Positions 62,101-64,000 of a stretch of 64,000 nt of DNA are shown piece after piece; the first letter of the stretch is position 1, and the number at the start of each line of letters is the position of its first letter. This stretch comes from Antedon mediterranea (taxonomy: Eukaryota > Animalia > Echinodermata), in the NCBI RefSeq assembly GCF_964355755.1, contig NC_092677.1, forward strand, positions 11,244,101 to 11,308,100, written 5' to 3'. A program made the position numbers and the translations under genes. The notes below the pieces were generated by a model. It made no database searches. It was not told the origin of the DNA and worked only from the letters and a program-made list of their open reading frames with translations.

Positions 62101-62289
62101 CCACAGAGTAAAGGATTAAACACTGAGGCTAAGTCCAAATCAGACAAGCCAACTAATCTGACTGCGAATGAAGAGAATCTAGTACTTGTACGGTACCAGT
62201 GTGCTCACTGTGGATATGTTGGTACCACCAAAGACTTGCTCATTACACATATCCGAGCGGAACACAATATTCAGGAAGATAACCAATAG
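59188..62289 (+). CDS. ZNF507: Multi-C2H2 zinc-finger protein, ZNF507-like, single coding exon
   Basis: ~1033-aa ORF with many C2H2 fingers. Motifs recalled as ZNF507-like: LSVVIQKLTELVE, YKCPLCSYICEKLSTLKCHVWRHAGDRKCAYP, GICDSLLCVIETL and the triple finger FQCELCSYKT..GYMQRH...QCPFC...IYTCETC..KFHFKS. Orthology comes from recall, not from a search. Confidence 0.85.
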   Translation: MSSTNNAKVIVKPVHEVQVRLDISENVETHSSTKEDEVFSSMPVVDIPFSCVKIVPQTEESCSLPTSEQLTQSSQPTSKQQLISNQDDVLSVVIQKLTELVESSDSSKEANLSGSSTPKSNVEATNETNLEQTKSKGKCKLFKCPNCPCLFSVTKAQLRRKVHPLCPCCVKSKSTQHLHVEKTVNQTLIKCELCNALFSSYSDVLLHLGTHTNVTIFKCCLCDFVTTQQQNILKHESVHYTRQNEHKSFKCAQCNLSVSDFAELQTHLKMHNQNQELLFKCSDCGFASKCEDSLRKHMWMHMQQPNSKYKQNPHCALMETPVASSKEDVNHDMLCRIKGSVCPMQDGLNTQVFLYKCPLCSYICEKLSTLKCHVWRHAGDRKCAYPLIDDIESLKEAVIPVTTNVNDINVQKTGQTKIAVGCCIDNNKTCCEKRNDSSCQCEAISVSKEHYPIIENLIDNPDSIHQASTEDISEPNNNKTVSEIVKQKDVQLLSETLPPISFVESSTGVQNTSINSIQDIFFHIDGSIIIPNPEEIVVSQAVEIQGNSTHQIEIPTDLVPSVVPLDEENKSSAAADSVRCNDVAVFKERKEEETVAKIPILETLLKNSEEISKIILNENENADSSLINSNKRNTNEEIEQFNVREEIVQSSPIHSLSDDSEKTGICDSLLCVIETLVESSTDEESPKTKRKRKQGENVENNVRKTARKDFQCELCSYKTTSSGYMQRHMKYHTASKPNQCPFCQFQAVDSEQLNTHMVTDCQKTIYTCETCSAKFHFKSKFINHMQTHDKHLFKCKYCSFETTSKNEVEKHSSVHQKCDGVDIAQPLNDTDTEECISFSCNMCNTIVQSQDDLETHMKIHMKTYKCQLCDYSSATANGVKNHMKFHSKDRPHKCPLCKFSGAYPQSLRAHMKTHMQEYNFSLPATSEVFKCKLCGYTCSHLPSLKSHMWKHASDPHFNYERSMSHIKQGNDPQSKGLNTEAKSKSDKPTNLTANEENLVLVRYQCAHCGYVGTTKDLLITHIRAEHNIQEDNQ

Positions 62290-64000
62290 GTTCGCCATAG
62301 TTTTTTTGGCCTTAAAAAAACCTAACTGTACAATGTAACTTAATTTTCTGGCTTGTAACCTGAAGAAAATTTCTCACCCCCTAGCATCACTCCTACATCC
62401 TTCCCGGACCCGTCTTACATAAATTCTCAAACTTGAGGCCTTATTAGAAAATAGAGATAGTATATTTAACATAGTAACATATTTAAAAGCTTTAGTCCTA
62501 TTTAAATATTCTATGTTGCTCTGTAGTAGGGGAGGAACAGAGATTTTTTGAACTGGGAACGCCAACAATAATATGCCAAAATATAGATATCAAAAAGTAG
62601 TTAATAATTTTAGCAGGCAAAGAGGAGCACGCAAACCCCCCCCCCCCCCCTCCCCTCCCAAAAATCAACCACTGTATCCTCCAAAATAAACCCCTGTATC
62701 CACCCACCCCCTTTATAGTACATTACTATCATTCTTAAGATAATAACTTAGAAAATAAAAAGATTGTAAGGTGCTCGTATTTGCTTTTAAGTGCTGTATA
62801 GTTCTTATGTATGAGTTATATTTAAATTGTTATTAAATTATTTAATATAATATTACTGTATATAGATCACTTAAGGTATTTGTGATATTTACAATAGTTA
62901 TAACATTTATTTTATGCAACGTTAAGTTACTTTATATTACATGGTGCTGTGTGTTTGTCAGGGTTGTTAAATCATTTTCATTGTGGTATAATTTATAGAA
63001 TTTTTTTTTTTCATATTCCAAAAATAGCGGTTAACATAGCAGTGTATTGTAACGTATTCAACAATTACAATTATCAATTGATGTTGTATTGCATGCCTGT
63101 ACAAAGTTAAGTGAAATAGAGCATTTCAGTATATTACTGTGTAAATAACAAGGTAAAAATAGTTAAGTTCCGTATTCATTTTGAACGCAACTATAGAAAA
63201 ATGAGCTATTAGGAGCTATTGTACTAAGCCTCTAGCATTAAGTGCTAGGGGTGTCAGTTCCTTTCCATGCCACACCTTATCCTCTCTAATATTTTTCAAC
63301 CAGGTACTGTACTCATTTACAGCTGAGTGACTCGGAGTTGATATCTGTATTCATATTCAAGTGTGTTATATTTAATTTATTCAATGTAATTCTAGTTACA
63401 TTTAGCAAGTGTAAATAATATGAGGTGCTATATTTCCATTGAGATGAATTGAGAACACTGCCATAAAAAAAAAATGATTTTGAAATAATTTTGCTATACT
63501 TAACATGGGCTTTTTTTCATGTGTGTTCGATAAAATAAAAACTTCAGTATTTTTTGTTAAAATTTAACCCCAAACAGTATTTTAATCAATGATGCCTTGA
63601 TGTCATGCCGTATATAATATTGTCAGATTCAAGCTTCATATGCAATATAGGCCTGTGTGATATGTTATGGTTTATAGAAAGGCCAAAGTAGTTCTTGTAG
63701 GGTTAAATTATTATTCTGTACTATATATTATCATGTTGTTGTACAGATTTTAAGAATTTTTAATATTGTACTTTACAATTGAATTTGAAAATAAATGGTG
63801 TTCCAAATCAATTCATTTGATTTTGTATTTTTGGGATGATGTTACATAACAAATTTGATCTTAATGATAAGGATGATAAATATTTGATTGTGATATAGAA
63901 TATTGATAATTATTACGATACTTAGATAATAAAAAGATGGGTGCTTGATATTGATTTATTAGTACTACAAATGGTTTTACCTTTAACTTAATATAAAAAA

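Overview
AT-rich, intron-rich invertebrate animal DNA. The gene and repeat content suggests a marine deuterostome such as an echinoderm, but this is inference. Protein-coding genes in order: the 3' half of importin-4 (+); a single-SRCR type I membrane protein (+); an adhesion GPCR with discoidin, mucin, GAIN/GPS and 7TM regions (-); a second, paralogous single-SRCR receptor with a PY-motif tail (-); DAD1 (-); MTG2/GTPBP5 (-) head-to-head with PEDS1/TMEM189 (+); a MARVEL-domain protein (+); and a ZNF507-like C2H2 zinc-finger gene (+). Introns and intergenic DNA hold many non-autonomous elements: TTAA/Kolobok-like, Harbinger-like, Mutator-like, Helitron-like and minisatellites. The most notable items are a foldback element whose two arms each carry a complete Pol III tRNA-Asp(ATC)-like unit, a neighbouring minimal type I hammerhead ribozyme of the Penelope type, an internally deleted LINE (ORF1 joined to the RT C-terminus) nested in a MITE, a probable U12 intron in IPO4, and the SRCR-aGPCR-SRCR receptor cluster. 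All exon boundaries were read by eye and some may be off by a few bases.
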